Shown here in pieces: positions 50,171 through 59,196 of a stretch of 64,000 bases of DNA (the first letter of the stretch is position 1; every line of letters starts with the position of its first letter). The stretch is taken from positions 72,247 to 136,246 of the forward strand of contig JBHGAY010000012.1 in NCBI GenBank assembly GCA_041946735.1. Direction: 5' to 3'. The notes under the pieces are model-generated. The model was not told the DNA's origin, searched no databases, and worked only from the letters and a program-made list of their open reading frames with translations. The DNA comes from Candidatus Eiseniibacteriota bacterium (GTDB lineage Bacteria > Eisenbacteria > RBG-16-71-46 > CAIMUX01 > VGJL01). The translations under genes and the position numbers were made by a program.

Positions 50171-51946
50171 ATGGTCCTGGTCAGTTATTCCGGGCGCGAG
50201 ATCAACGCGAAGCTCGTCTACTACGGTCCCGGTTTGTCGGGCAAGACGACGAACCTGGAGTACATCTACGGTGCGATCCCCCAGGTGCATCGAGGCAAGA
50301 TGGTCTCGATGAAGACGAAGACCGAGCGCACGCTCTTCTTCGACTTCCTCCCGATCGATCTCGGAGAGCTGGCGGGATTCAAGACTCGCTTCCTCCTCTA
50401 CACGGTCCCCGGGCAGGTCTACTACAACGCGACACGCAAGCTCGTCCTGAAGGGAGTCGACGCGGTCGTCTTCGTCGCCGATTCGAAGCGCGGCAAGATG
50501 GACGAGAACATCGAGAGTCTCGAGAACCTGCGCGAGAACCTGAAGGAGCACGGCCTCGACCTCGACCGCATCCCCTGGGTCCTGCAGTACAACAAGCGGG
50601 ACGTCCCGGACGCCTACACGATCGAGGAGCTGGAGAAGGCGCTGAATCCGGGGAACGTCCCGTCGTTCGAGGCGGTCGCAAAGTCGGGCGAGGGAGTGTT
50701 CGAGACGTTCAAGGCGGTCTCGCGGATGCTGCTGAAGCACCTCTCGCAGGAGATCGGCGTGCGCGTCGTGACGCCGGCCGCCGGCGCCCCGAGCGGGTCG
50801 AACGATGCGGCGGCCGCAACGCCGGCCGCGGGCGAAGACCGGCGCATGAGCGGGCCTCCTTCGACGCCGCCGGTTGCTCCGATGCCACCGATGGCGCAGC
50901 CGCCGAAGTTCGCAGCCTCCACGTTCCGCGCGCCTGCCGCGCCCATGGCGCCTGCCGCGCCCATGCCGGCTGCTGCGCCGGTTGCTCCTGCAGCGCCTCC
51001 GGCGCGACCGTCCTCGTTCTTCGACCGGGAGCGGACCGACGCGGCCCAGCCGATGTCTGCGACCAGGCCGCTCGGCCATGCGTCCCTCGGCGCGCAGGCG
51101 CCCGCCGCGCCGATGCCGGCCGCACCGACGTCCCCCGCGCCCGCGCCCGCGCCTGCGCCTGTGCCCGCGTCCACGCCCGCGCTCATGACCGGGACGGACG
51201 CCGCGACCGAGGCCGGCGCGGAGGCCGGGACGAAGCCCCGGAGCGCGACCGAGTGCCCACCGGAGCTTCGGATCGAGCCGGTCGTTACGCAGACGCTCTC
51301 TCATGACGGCGAAAGCTCCGCCACTCCCACGACGGCGGCCGAGCCGGACCATCCGGCTGGAATGGGGGATCGCCTTCGCCGGTGGCTCGGCCGATCGCGC
51401 GAGACGGACGACGAACGGCTCGTCTTCGACACCGACCGCCACGCCACGCGCCCGGCGGATCATGCGGAGCATGCGGATCGTGCGGAGCATGAAGAGGACG
51501 TCACGCGCGAGGCGCCGCATTCGCAGCACGAAGCGCACGAGAGCCCCGCCTCCTCCGCCGCGCCCGCTGTCTCCGCCGCGCCTGCCGCCGGCAAGAGCGA
51601 CCCGACGCCCGAGCCGGCATGCGACGAGCCGGCGGACGCGCAGCCGGCCGCGGCCTCGACCGTCCCGACCGTCCCGACCGCCTCGACCATCCCCACCGCC
51701 TCGACCGCCGGGAACGCCCCGAACGTCGCGCCGCCGCCGCCGCCGCTACCGCTGCCCCTGCCCCGGGCGAACCGGCGGGACTCCGCGCCGCTCGAGAAGG
51801 AGATCCCGGTCGAGGTGTCGCTCACCTCGGAAGAGATCCGGGCAGGCGTCGTCCTTCGCTTCCGCGTCGAGATCCGGCGCGTTGAGCCAATGGACGAAGA
51901 GCAGGACGAGTCGCTCCGGGAGATGCGCGTGCCGCGCGCAGCTTAG
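50171..51946 (+). CDS. mglA: MglA-family small GTPase with ~400-aa Pro/Ala-rich extension and short C-terminal beta-rich motif
   Basis: REINAKLVYYGPGLSGKTTNL, RTLFFDFLP, YTVPGQVYY, QYNKRD, EAVA; RBS GGAGG. Confidence 0.9.
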   Translation: MVLVSYSGREINAKLVYYGPGLSGKTTNLEYIYGAIPQVHRGKMVSMKTKTERTLFFDFLPIDLGELAGFKTRFLLYTVPGQVYYNATRKLVLKGVDAVVFVADSKRGKMDENIESLENLRENLKEHGLDLDRIPWVLQYNKRDVPDAYTIEELEKALNPGNVPSFEAVAKSGEGVFETFKAVSRMLLKHLSQEIGVRVVTPAAGAPSGSNDAAAATPAAGEDRRMSGPPSTPPVAPMPPMAQPPKFAASTFRAPAAPMAPAAPMPAAAPVAPAAPPARPSSFFDRERTDAAQPMSATRPLGHASLGAQAPAAPMPAAPTSPAPAPAPAPVPASTPALMTGTDAATEAGAEAGTKPRSATECPPELRIEPVVTQTLSHDGESSATPTTAAEPDHPAGMGDRLRRWLGRSRETDDERLVFDTDRHATRPADHAEHADRAEHEEDVTREAPHSQHEAHESPASSAAPAVSAAPAAGKSDPTPEPACDEPADAQPAAASTVPTVPTASTIPTASTAGNAPNVAPPPPPLPLPLPRANRRDSAPLEKEIPVEVSLTSEEIRAGVVLRFRVEIRRVEPMDEEQDESLREMRVPRAA

Positions 51947-52112
51947 CTGGCCGGGCTTGTCGGCCCGGCAGCACCTCCGGGCCATCAGCGCCATCGTTTC
52001 CGGGCCGCGCGGGCCTTCCGCGCGGCCCGTTGCCATCCGCGCGCCGAGAAGAAGCGCGCTCGCGCCCGGCTTCTCGCGCAGCACCCCGCCTAATCGACGA
52101 ACTACGATCTGC

Positions 52113-52142
52113 TTGACGCGTCCGACCAAGGCTCCGTAGATT
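52113..52142 (+). promoter_or_regulatory. Sigma70-type promoter of TPR-trpA-uppP
   Basis: TTGACG-18 bp-TAGATT. Confidence 0.45.
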
Positions 52143-52178
52143 GCCTTTCTGGCCCACCGTTGGGCGAACGAGGGGGAG

Positions 52179-53267
52179 ATGGCCGGAGACGAGCGGAGCC
52201 AGAAGCGGATCGAGGAGACCGAGAAGCGTCTGCGGTCGCATCCCAGCGACCGCGATCTGCTCTTTCAACTCGTCCAGCTCTATCACGACGCAGGACGCCC
52301 GGCGCAGGCCGCGGCGCTGCTCGAAGCGCGGCTCCTCGAGGGGGAGAGCGACTGGGATCTCCTCCGCGAGTGCGCCAGCGCGTTCCGCCTCGCCGGCAAG
52401 CCCGATCGCGCGCTGGAGCTTCTCACGCAAGCGTCGTCGCTTCACGCGGAGCGCCCCGATTTCTGGTCCCTCAAGGGACGGATGCACGAGGATCTTCGCG
52501 AGTACGACCGCGCGCGAGCCGACCACGAGCGCGCGCTCGCCATCGAGCCGACCGGGACCGAGTTCCGCTACCGGCTCGGCGTCACGATGATGAAGGGCGG
52601 CCGCGGCGACGAGGCGATCGTGGCCTTCGAGCAGTGCGTGAAGCAGGATCCCCGGATGACGAAGGCGCAGATCAACATCGGCTACATCCACGATCAGAAC
52701 GGGGATTCCGAGCGCGCCGTCCTCGCCTTCCAGAAGGCGATCGAGATGAACCCGAACAGCGTCGAGAGCCACTGCAACCTGGGCGCCGCCTACGGGGATC
52801 TCGGGCGCAAGCGCGAAGCGGTCGAGGAGTTCAAGAAGGCGATCGAGCTCGATCCGCAGTGCGCGCTCGCGCACTTCAACCTCGGCGTCATCTACCTCGA
52901 GGACCGCCCGGAGGAGGCGCGCGCCTGCCTGCAGAAGGCGCTCTCGATCGATCCGGAGAACTGGGAGATCCAGTACTACCTGGGCGTCCTCTACTTCAAG
53001 AAGGGGATCTACGACACGGCGCTGCGCTACCTGCAGAACTGCCGCGAGCAGAATCCCGACAGCCCGCGCGTGCTCTACGTGCTCGGCATGGCGTACAACA
53101 AGAGCGACATGCCCGACCACGCGGTCGAGACGCTGACGCGGCTCTGCGAGCTGCAGCCCGAGAACGGCGACGCCCACTACAACCTCGGGATCGCCCTCGA
53201 CAAGAAGGGGCTCTACGACCGGGCGAAAGCCGCGTATCGCGAAGCCGACCGCCTGATGCACCGGTAG
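52179..53267 (+). CDS. Cytoplasmic multi-TPR protein
   Basis: Canonical TPRs (FQKAIEMNPNSVESHCNLG, FKKAIELDPQCALAHFNLG, AHYNLGIAL). Confidence 0.9.
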   Translation: MAGDERSQKRIEETEKRLRSHPSDRDLLFQLVQLYHDAGRPAQAAALLEARLLEGESDWDLLRECASAFRLAGKPDRALELLTQASSLHAERPDFWSLKGRMHEDLREYDRARADHERALAIEPTGTEFRYRLGVTMMKGGRGDEAIVAFEQCVKQDPRMTKAQINIGYIHDQNGDSERAVLAFQKAIEMNPNSVESHCNLGAAYGDLGRKREAVEEFKKAIELDPQCALAHFNLGVIYLEDRPEEARACLQKALSIDPENWEIQYYLGVLYFKKGIYDTALRYLQNCREQNPDSPRVLYVLGMAYNKSDMPDHAVETLTRLCELQPENGDAHYNLGIALDKKGLYDRAKAAYREADRLMHR

Positions 53268-53284
53268 GCAGGCACGCCCCGCGC

Positions 53285-54124
53285 ATGACGACGGCGCTCG
53301 AGACGGCCCTTCGCGAGCGTCTCCACTCCGGGCGGCGTCTCCTCGTCCCGTTCCTGACGGCCGGATGGCCCGACGCCGATAGCTTCCTCGAGGCGGCGCG
53401 CGCCTGCGCGGCGGCCGGCGCCGATCTGCTCGAGGTCGGTGTTCCGTTTTCCGATCCGATCGCGGACGGACCGACGATCCAGCGGACCTCGCAGGAAGCG
53501 CTCGCGCGCGGCGAGACGCTGGAGCGTACGCTCGACACCCTCGCGCGCGAGGCGCCCGGGATCGGCCTGCCGATCGTCCTCATGAGCTACGCGAACCCGA
53601 TCCTCGCCTTCGGCATCGATCGCTTCTGCGAGCGCGCGCCGCGCGCCGGCGTCGGCGGGCTGCTGCTTTCCGACGTCCCGCCCGAGGAGCTGCCGGAGAT
53701 CGAGGGACCGCTCGCCGCGGCCGGCATCGCGCGGATCCTGCTGATCGCTCCGACCACGCCGCCCGAGCGGGTCGAGGCGCTCGCGCGCCGCGCGTCGGGC
53801 TTCCTCTACTGCGTGACCCGGCTCGGCGTGACGGGAGCGGGGACGAGCTTCTCCGGCAACCTCGGCGAGCAGCTCGCGCGCATCCGCGCAGTCACCGACG
53901 TCCCGGTCGTCGCGGGCTTCGGCATCCGCCAGCCCGCCGACCTCGACAAGCTTCCGGGCGGGCTCGACGGAGTCGTCCTCGGCGCGCGCCTGCTCGAGGC
54001 GGTGGCGGACACGGGCGCGGGCGCCGGCGCGGACACGGGCGCCGGCGCGGGCGCGGGGGGAACCATCACGGATCGCGTCACCGCCTTGCTCGCACCCTTT
54101 CGAGAGAGGTTGGATCTTCGATGA
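53285..54124 (+). CDS. trpA: Tryptophan synthase alpha subunit
   Basis: LEVGVPFSDPIADGPTIQ, MSYANP, FLYCVTRLGVTG, GFGI. Confidence 0.95.
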   Translation: MTTALETALRERLHSGRRLLVPFLTAGWPDADSFLEAARACAAAGADLLEVGVPFSDPIADGPTIQRTSQEALARGETLERTLDTLAREAPGIGLPIVLMSYANPILAFGIDRFCERAPRAGVGGLLLSDVPPEELPEIEGPLAAAGIARILLIAPTTPPERVEALARRASGFLYCVTRLGVTGAGTSFSGNLGEQLARIRAVTDVPVVAGFGIRQPADLDKLPGGLDGVVLGARLLEAVADTGAGAGADTGAGAGAGGTITDRVTALLAPFRERLDLR

Positions 54125-54918
54125 ACCTGCTGGACATGCTCGTCCTGGCCGTGGTGCAGGGAGCGACGGAGTTCCTCCCCGTCTCGAGCAGCGGGCACCT
54201 CGTGCTCGCCAACGCGCTCCTCGGCGTGCACGAGCCGGGGATCACGACGGAGATCGTGCTGCACCTCGGCACGCTCGTCGCCGTCGTCTTCTACTTCCGC
54301 AAAGACCTGCTGCGGCTTCTCACCGGAATCGTCCGCTGGATCGGCGGCCGCCGCGGGGACGAGGAGCGCTCGGCCGGCCGGCTGTTCTGGCTCCTCGTGC
54401 TCGGGACGATTCCCGCCGTCATCGCCGGCGTCCTCCTCGGCGACTGGCTCGAGGGGATGTTCGAGGATCCGCGCGACACGGCGATCCAGATTCTCATCAC
54501 CGCCGCGATCCTCTTCTCGACGCTGCTGGTGCGGCGCGGCGTGCGGCGCATCGACTCGCTGCGCTCGATCCTGATCGGGATCGGCCAGGCGATCGCGATC
54601 GTCCCGGGAATCTCGCGGAGCGGGACCACGATCGCGACGGCGCTCTACCTGAAGGTCGAGCCGCGCGAAGCGGCGCGCTTCTCCTTCCTCCTCTCGATCC
54701 CCGCGATCCTCGGGGCTGCCGTGTTCGAGGCGCCGAAGATGGCGCACGAGATCCACACGGCGGGGGCGGGGCTGCTCGCGATCGGCTTCGTCGTCTCGAT
54801 GGTCGTCGGCTGGCTCTCGATCGCCGCGCTCCTGCGCATTGTGCAGGAGGGGAAGTTCGGCTGGTTCGGGATCTGGTGCGTGGTGGTCGGGATCGCGGGG
54901 CTTCTGCTGCTGCGGTAG
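54121..54918 (+). CDS. uppP: Undecaprenyl-diphosphate phosphatase (BacA)
   Basis: VQGATEFLPVSSSGH, PGISRSGTT, FSFLLSIPAI. Confidence 0.96.
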   Translation: MNLLDMLVLAVVQGATEFLPVSSSGHLVLANALLGVHEPGITTEIVLHLGTLVAVVFYFRKDLLRLLTGIVRWIGGRRGDEERSAGRLFWLLVLGTIPAVIAGVLLGDWLEGMFEDPRDTAIQILITAAILFSTLLVRRGVRRIDSLRSILIGIGQAIAIVPGISRSGTTIATALYLKVEPREAARFSFLLSIPAILGAAVFEAPKMAHEIHTAGAGLLAIGFVVSMVVGWLSIAALLRIVQEGKFGWFGIWCVVVGIAGLLLLR

Positions 54919-55117
54919 GCGGAGGGCTCTCGGCGCGCCCGCCCTCTCGGCGGGCGCCAGCTTCAACCGAATCCAAGCGAGCGCGCCGTCGTTTGATCGG
55001 AACGGCGGCGCGCAAGTGGTACAGGCTCTTTTCCCCAGCGCGGAGTCGGGCCCGGCCCCGATCGCGGGGGTTCTTTCCGGTGGCGGTCCTCCCTTCGGCC
55101 TGCCGGCCGCCGGGAGG

Positions 55118-55213
55118 CTATCTCTTCAACCACCAGAAGATGTCGAAGATCAGCACGACGAACAGACCGAGGACCATGGCTTTCGCCTGCCTTTCGCTCC
55201 AACGGTGGAGCAC
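55118..55213 (-). CDS. Putative small membrane peptide, 31 aa MLHRWSERQAKAMVLGLFVVLIFDIFWWLKR (44 aa if started at ATG 55252)
   Basis: Not in the ORF track; GGAGG 4 nt before GTG; hydrophobic core plus WWLKR; GC-ending codons in the core; flanked by a promoter-like motif and a hairpin. Confidence 0.55.
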   Translation of the reverse strand: MLHRWSERQAKAMVLGLFVVLIFDIFWWLKR

Positions 55214-55276
55214 CAGCCCTCCGATCCCATCCGTGCCCCCCGCCCAACCCATCCGTTCGGGCCCTTCCCATCTTCG

Positions 55277-55304
55277 AGATCGGCCGATTTCCCCAGAGGC
55301 TGAA
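55277..55304 (-). promoter_or_regulatory. Sigma28-like promoter for the small peptide
   Basis: Minus strand TTCAG-N15-GCCGATCT. Confidence 0.4.
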
Positions 55305-55306
55305 TG

Positions 55307-55340
55307 AAAAACTCCCCGGACGGGGGAGCCCGCCCGGGGA
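55307..55340 (-). terminator. Intrinsic terminator of the PP2C phosphatase gene
   Basis: Minus strand tccccgggcggg-ctcc-cccgtccgggga-g-ttttt. Confidence 0.75.
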
Positions 55341-55362
55341 CGCCTGCGCAGGCAGGAAGCGT

Positions 55363-57957
55363 CTACGAGTAGCTGCGACGAGCGGCTGCGCTGGAATCCG
55401 CGGCCTCGCGAACACCCGCAGGGTCACGGCCACCGGCGCCGGGCGCCTCGCCGGTCCCCGCCACCGCAGCCGTACGGGCCGGCTCGGTCGCCAGCGCCTT
55501 CACGATCAGCACCGTCACGTCGTCCTCGCGGGTCGGCTTCGCGCGGACGCGCTCCATCATCCGATCGAGGATCCTGCCCGACGGAAGATGGCGCAGCTCG
55601 ACGGCGAGCGCCTCGAGATGGTCCTCGCGGAAGGAGTCCTTCTCGTCGAGCGGATCGGGGATCCCGTCGGTGAAGCAGAGAAGCAGATCGCCGGGCGAGA
55701 GCCGCACGCGCGCGATCGGGTAGCTGGTGCCAGCCTGGATCCCGAGGAGCAGGGCGGATTCGCTCAGGTGCTCGATCCTCCCGTCGCGCCGGACGAGCAG
55801 CGGGGGAGGATGCCCCGCGCTGCTGTAGCGGATCTCCCCGCTCTCCTCGTCCATCTGCGCGCAGAAGAACGAGACGAAACGATCCGGCCGCTCGATCTCG
55901 CACAGCCGCTGGTTCATCCGGAAGAGGATCTCGTTGGGCTCGGCGCCGCCGCGCGCCTCCGCACGGAAGAGCGCCTGCACGTTCGCCATAAGGATCGCCG
56001 CGGGTACGCCGGAGCCTGACACGTCGCCGACCGCGAACGACAGCCGGCCGTGCCCGCCCTCCGAGCGCAGATAGTCGAAGTAGTCGCCGCCCAGCTCCTC
56101 GCACGGCAGCGTCTCGGCGACCATCTCGATCCCCTCGAGGGACGGTGCGCGCCGCGGCAGGAGCTGCTGCTGCAGCGTGTGCGCGACCTCCAGCTCGCGC
56201 TGCATCGCCTCCTTCACGCGCAGCTCGCGCTGGAAGCGCGCGTTCTCCATCGCGAGCGCCGTCTGGCTCATCAGCGAGTCGAGGATCTCGAGGTCGGCGA
56301 CGCTGTAGGTGTCGCCGTCCGCGCGCGGGCCGAGCACCGCCACGCCGAAGCGATGCGGCCCGGTCACGACCGGCACGAGCGCGCGCGCCTCGAGGATGCC
56401 GAGCGTCTGATCCTCCTCGGGCGGCAGATAACCCCGCGGCAGCTCCGCCTCGACCTCCTCGCGCAAGAGCGGCTCCCCGCGCGCGAGCACAGGCTCGCGC
56501 AGCAGCCGCGGCAGCCGGATCGCCGTCTCCTCCGTCCCTTCGATCCCCCAGGAGAAGGCGGCCTGATCGAGCGGCTCGTCCTCCGAAAAGAAGGCCCCGC
56601 GCCGCACGCCGAGCGCGCTCGCCACCCGCGCCAAGCTCGCCCGCAGGATCTGATCCTCGTCGGCCAGAAGCGGCAGGCTGCGCGCGAACTCGACCAGGCT
56701 CCTCCGCGAGGCGAAGCGCTCCGGGTAGAGCGAGCGATCGACGATCTCCTGGATCATCTCGCGGATCGGGCTGAACAGCACGACGACGAAGAGGAAGGAG
56801 AGGATGCTGATCAAGGTCCCCGAGAGCGCGGTGACGGAGTGCAGCAGGGCGCGCAGCAGGAAGTAGGAGAGGAAGTAGAGCAGGACCAAGGCCGCGGTGA
56901 TCCCCGAGAGGACGAGCCCGCGCTTCACGATCCTCTCGATGTCGAAGACGCCGTGCTTGACGATCGCATAGCCGAAGCCGACCGGCATCCAGACGATCCC
57001 GAGCGCCGCGACCCGGTCGAACGGGATCTCGCGTCCGGGCAGCAGCGCGTGCAGCAGGATCACCGCGACGACCGGCAGGACGGCGGCGGCCGTCGAGACG
57101 AGCGCGACGCGCAGCTTGCGCCGGACCGAAGGCGCCGCGGTGCGCCGGTACGCCGAGGCGAACAGCACGATCGAGAACCCGAAGGCCGCCGCGTACGCGA
57201 TCGTCGTCGCCAGCTCCGCAATCGTCGCGAGCGCCGCCGCCGCGCCCGGGCTCGGCCAGGGATCGAAGCTCGAGAGAACGTCGAGCGTGAAGAGCAGGAT
57301 CGGAAGGACCAACAACGCCGTCCGCAGGGTCCGGCTCTCGCGCAGCACGGGCCGCTCGTAGGGGAAGAGCAGGAAGAAGCGGACGAACAGCGCCGGCACG
57401 AACGCGTTCAGGAGCGTCTTCGCCACGTTCGCGGCAAAGATCAGCGCGTGGACCGGCGGGACGTAGGGGAAGAAGAGGAGCATCGAGAGGGCGAGGCAGA
57501 TCAGGAAGAAGACGGCGGTCAGCTGCCGCGGCCGGCGCACGAGCGCCATCGTCCCGACGAAGAGAGCGGCGAGGGCGGCGGCTGCGGTCGCGATCCCCCA
57601 TCCGATCTCGCGTGGCGGGAGCCGGCCGGGGACGAACACGACCGGCAAGGTCCGGTCCCCCCGCTCGACGACGAGGCGGCGGGCTTCGCCCGGCGCGCCG
57701 GCGCGAAGGACGTGCCCCGGCTGGACGAAGCCGCGCACGTTGCGGCCGTCGATCGACCGGATCCGGTCGCCGATCTGGAGGCCCGAGGCCTCGGCCGGCC
57801 CCCCGCGCTCGAGGAGCCCGACCGTCGTTCCCCGGGTGCTCATCCCGAGGTAGGGCTGCTCCGGGAGCCGGCTCGCCTCGATGATGATCGAACCGGCCAG
57901 AAGAGCCGCCCAGACCCCGAGGAAGAAACGGAGACCGCGATACCTCGGAGCCTGCAA
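55363..57957 (-). CDS. PDZ, multi-TM, GAF, SpoIIE/PP2C serine phosphatase
   Basis: GGPAEASGLQIGDRIRSIDG (PDZ); YAIVKHGVFDI; GGDYFD, GDVSGSG, SAGHPPP, FTDG, DDVT; TTG start with RBS GGAGGT. Confidence 0.9.
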   Translation of the reverse strand: MQAPRYRGLRFFLGVWAALLAGSIIIEASRLPEQPYLGMSTRGTTVGLLERGGPAEASGLQIGDRIRSIDGRNVRGFVQPGHVLRAGAPGEARRLVVERGDRTLPVVFVPGRLPPREIGWGIATAAAALAALFVGTMALVRRPRQLTAVFFLICLALSMLLFFPYVPPVHALIFAANVAKTLLNAFVPALFVRFFLLFPYERPVLRESRTLRTALLVLPILLFTLDVLSSFDPWPSPGAAAALATIAELATTIAYAAAFGFSIVLFASAYRRTAAPSVRRKLRVALVSTAAAVLPVVAVILLHALLPGREIPFDRVAALGIVWMPVGFGYAIVKHGVFDIERIVKRGLVLSGITAALVLLYFLSYFLLRALLHSVTALSGTLISILSFLFVVVLFSPIREMIQEIVDRSLYPERFASRRSLVEFARSLPLLADEDQILRASLARVASALGVRRGAFFSEDEPLDQAAFSWGIEGTEETAIRLPRLLREPVLARGEPLLREEVEAELPRGYLPPEEDQTLGILEARALVPVVTGPHRFGVAVLGPRADGDTYSVADLEILDSLMSQTALAMENARFQRELRVKEAMQRELEVAHTLQQQLLPRRAPSLEGIEMVAETLPCEELGGDYFDYLRSEGGHGRLSFAVGDVSGSGVPAAILMANVQALFRAEARGGAEPNEILFRMNQRLCEIERPDRFVSFFCAQMDEESGEIRYSSAGHPPPLLVRRDGRIEHLSESALLLGIQAGTSYPIARVRLSPGDLLLCFTDGIPDPLDEKDSFREDHLEALAVELRHLPSGRILDRMMERVRAKPTREDDVTVLIVKALATEPARTAAVAGTGEAPGAGGRDPAGVREAADSSAAARRSYS

Positions 57958-57990
57958 GCTCCACCTCCCCCCTACGTTCGGTCCGAAGCG

Positions 57991-58019
57991 ACGCTAGCCG
58001 GGCCCGAGCGGGATGTCAA
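57991..58019 (-). promoter_or_regulatory. Sigma70-type promoter of the phosphatase gene
   Basis: Minus strand TTGACA-17 bp-TAGCGT. Confidence 0.6.
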
Positions 58020-58184
58020 CGCGAACCGCCCCTTGCGGACTGCCTTGACGCCGTCGGGCGCCGCGTCTCGGCGCGCCTCGGCGCCGCCCGGCGCCGCATC
58101 TCGTCCGCTCGCCGGGGAACCGATGAAACCTCAGAATCGCGCGAGCGGCGGCCGATCCTTCTCTCTGTACAGGAGGGGCTTCTC

Positions 58185-58679
58185 GTGAAGGTGGCCAGCC
58201 GGCTCTTGGGCCCGATCGATATCTCCGAGGACGAGCGCATCCGCTTCCCCGGTGGACTCCTCGGCTTCGAGGGGCTGGAGGACTTCGCCCTGGTCGCGCT
58301 CGAGGAGTACGCGCCGTTCCTCTGGCTGCTCTCCGAGGACGACGCGGACGTGGCGTTCGCGCTCGGCGATCCGGAGCCGTTCCTGAGCGAGCCGTATCCG
58401 CTCGTCCTCGACGACGCGGATGCCGCGGTTCTCGACCTCGAGCCGGGCGATCGGGTGCAGGTCCTGCTGTTCGTGCAGACGACGGACGAACCTTGCCGGG
58501 TCACGGCAAATCTCAAAGCGCCGGTCGTCGTCAACCTTCGCAGCCGCCGGGCCAAGCAACTGATCCTCTACGGCAGCCGCCTGTCCTCGCGCCAGCCTGC
58601 GCGCGCTCTGGCAGGAACCGGGAGAAACGTCCGGGCACACGAGATCACCGTGCAGATCCCGCGGGAGGAAGCCGCCTAG
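58185..58679 (+). CDS. fliW: Flagellar assembly factor / CsrA antagonist FliW
   Basis: [27 protein letters not shown]; adjacent to csrA. Confidence 0.92.
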   Translation: MKVASRLLGPIDISEDERIRFPGGLLGFEGLEDFALVALEEYAPFLWLLSEDDADVAFALGDPEPFLSEPYPLVLDDADAAVLDLEPGDRVQVLLFVQTTDEPCRVTANLKAPVVVNLRSRRAKQLILYGSRLSSRQPARALAGTGRNVRAHEITVQIPREEAA

Positions 58680-58698
58680 GCCCGCGGAGGAGACTGGG

Positions 58699-58986
58699 AT
58701 GCTGATCCTGACACGGAAGTTGGGGGAGATGGTGCGCATCGGCGATCGAGTCCGGATCGTCGTGCTCGACATCAAGGGCGGCCAGGTGAAGCTCGGCATC
58801 GAGGCGCCGGCGCAGGTCTCGGTCCATCGCGAGGAGATCTACGAGCGGATTCGCCAGGAGAACCGCCGGGCCTCGGGAATCTCCGCCAAGACGCTGCGCG
58901 AAGTGGTCAACCTCTTCCATCGACAGAAAGGCAGCGGCGACACCGACCGGGAAGGGCCGCCGGACCCGCCGCCCTCGCGCTCGTAG
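58699..58986 (+). CDS. csrA: Carbon storage regulator (FliW-regulated type with C-terminal extension)
   Basis: [33 protein letters not shown]. Confidence 0.96.
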   Translation: MLILTRKLGEMVRIGDRVRIVVLDIKGGQVKLGIEAPAQVSVHREEIYERIRQENRRASGISAKTLREVVNLFHRQKGSGDTDREGPPDPPPSRS

Positions 58987-59196
58987 CGCGGCGCGTGAGG
59001 CGGCGCGCGCGCGGCGCTGGCGCGGCGCCGTGCGGCGCTGTGTTCGGCGAGCGCGGCGCGGCGTTTCGCTCCCGCATTCGCTCGCCCGCCGGAGTCCCCC
59101 CCCCAGCTTCCCATGAAGAACCCGTCCGAAACGGCCGAACTGGAAGGTGGAGGGTCGTGCCGAGCCGCTCGGCCGCCTCCGGGGAGGCCCAGGCCG

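Noticed and set aside
51945..52080. Hairpin cluster after mglA as an ncRNA
   Set aside because: GC-only stems are expected at this composition, and no family features are recognisable.
15394..54124. Apparent long fusions in the ORF track (15394-19125, 31371-33887, 32786-35311, 52160-54124)
   Set aside because: The N-terminal parts overlap real upstream genes in another frame; true starts are 18157, 32385, 33884 and 53285.
55118..55213. trp attenuator leader peptide (WW codons near trpA)
   Set aside because: It lies downstream of trpA and on the opposite strand.
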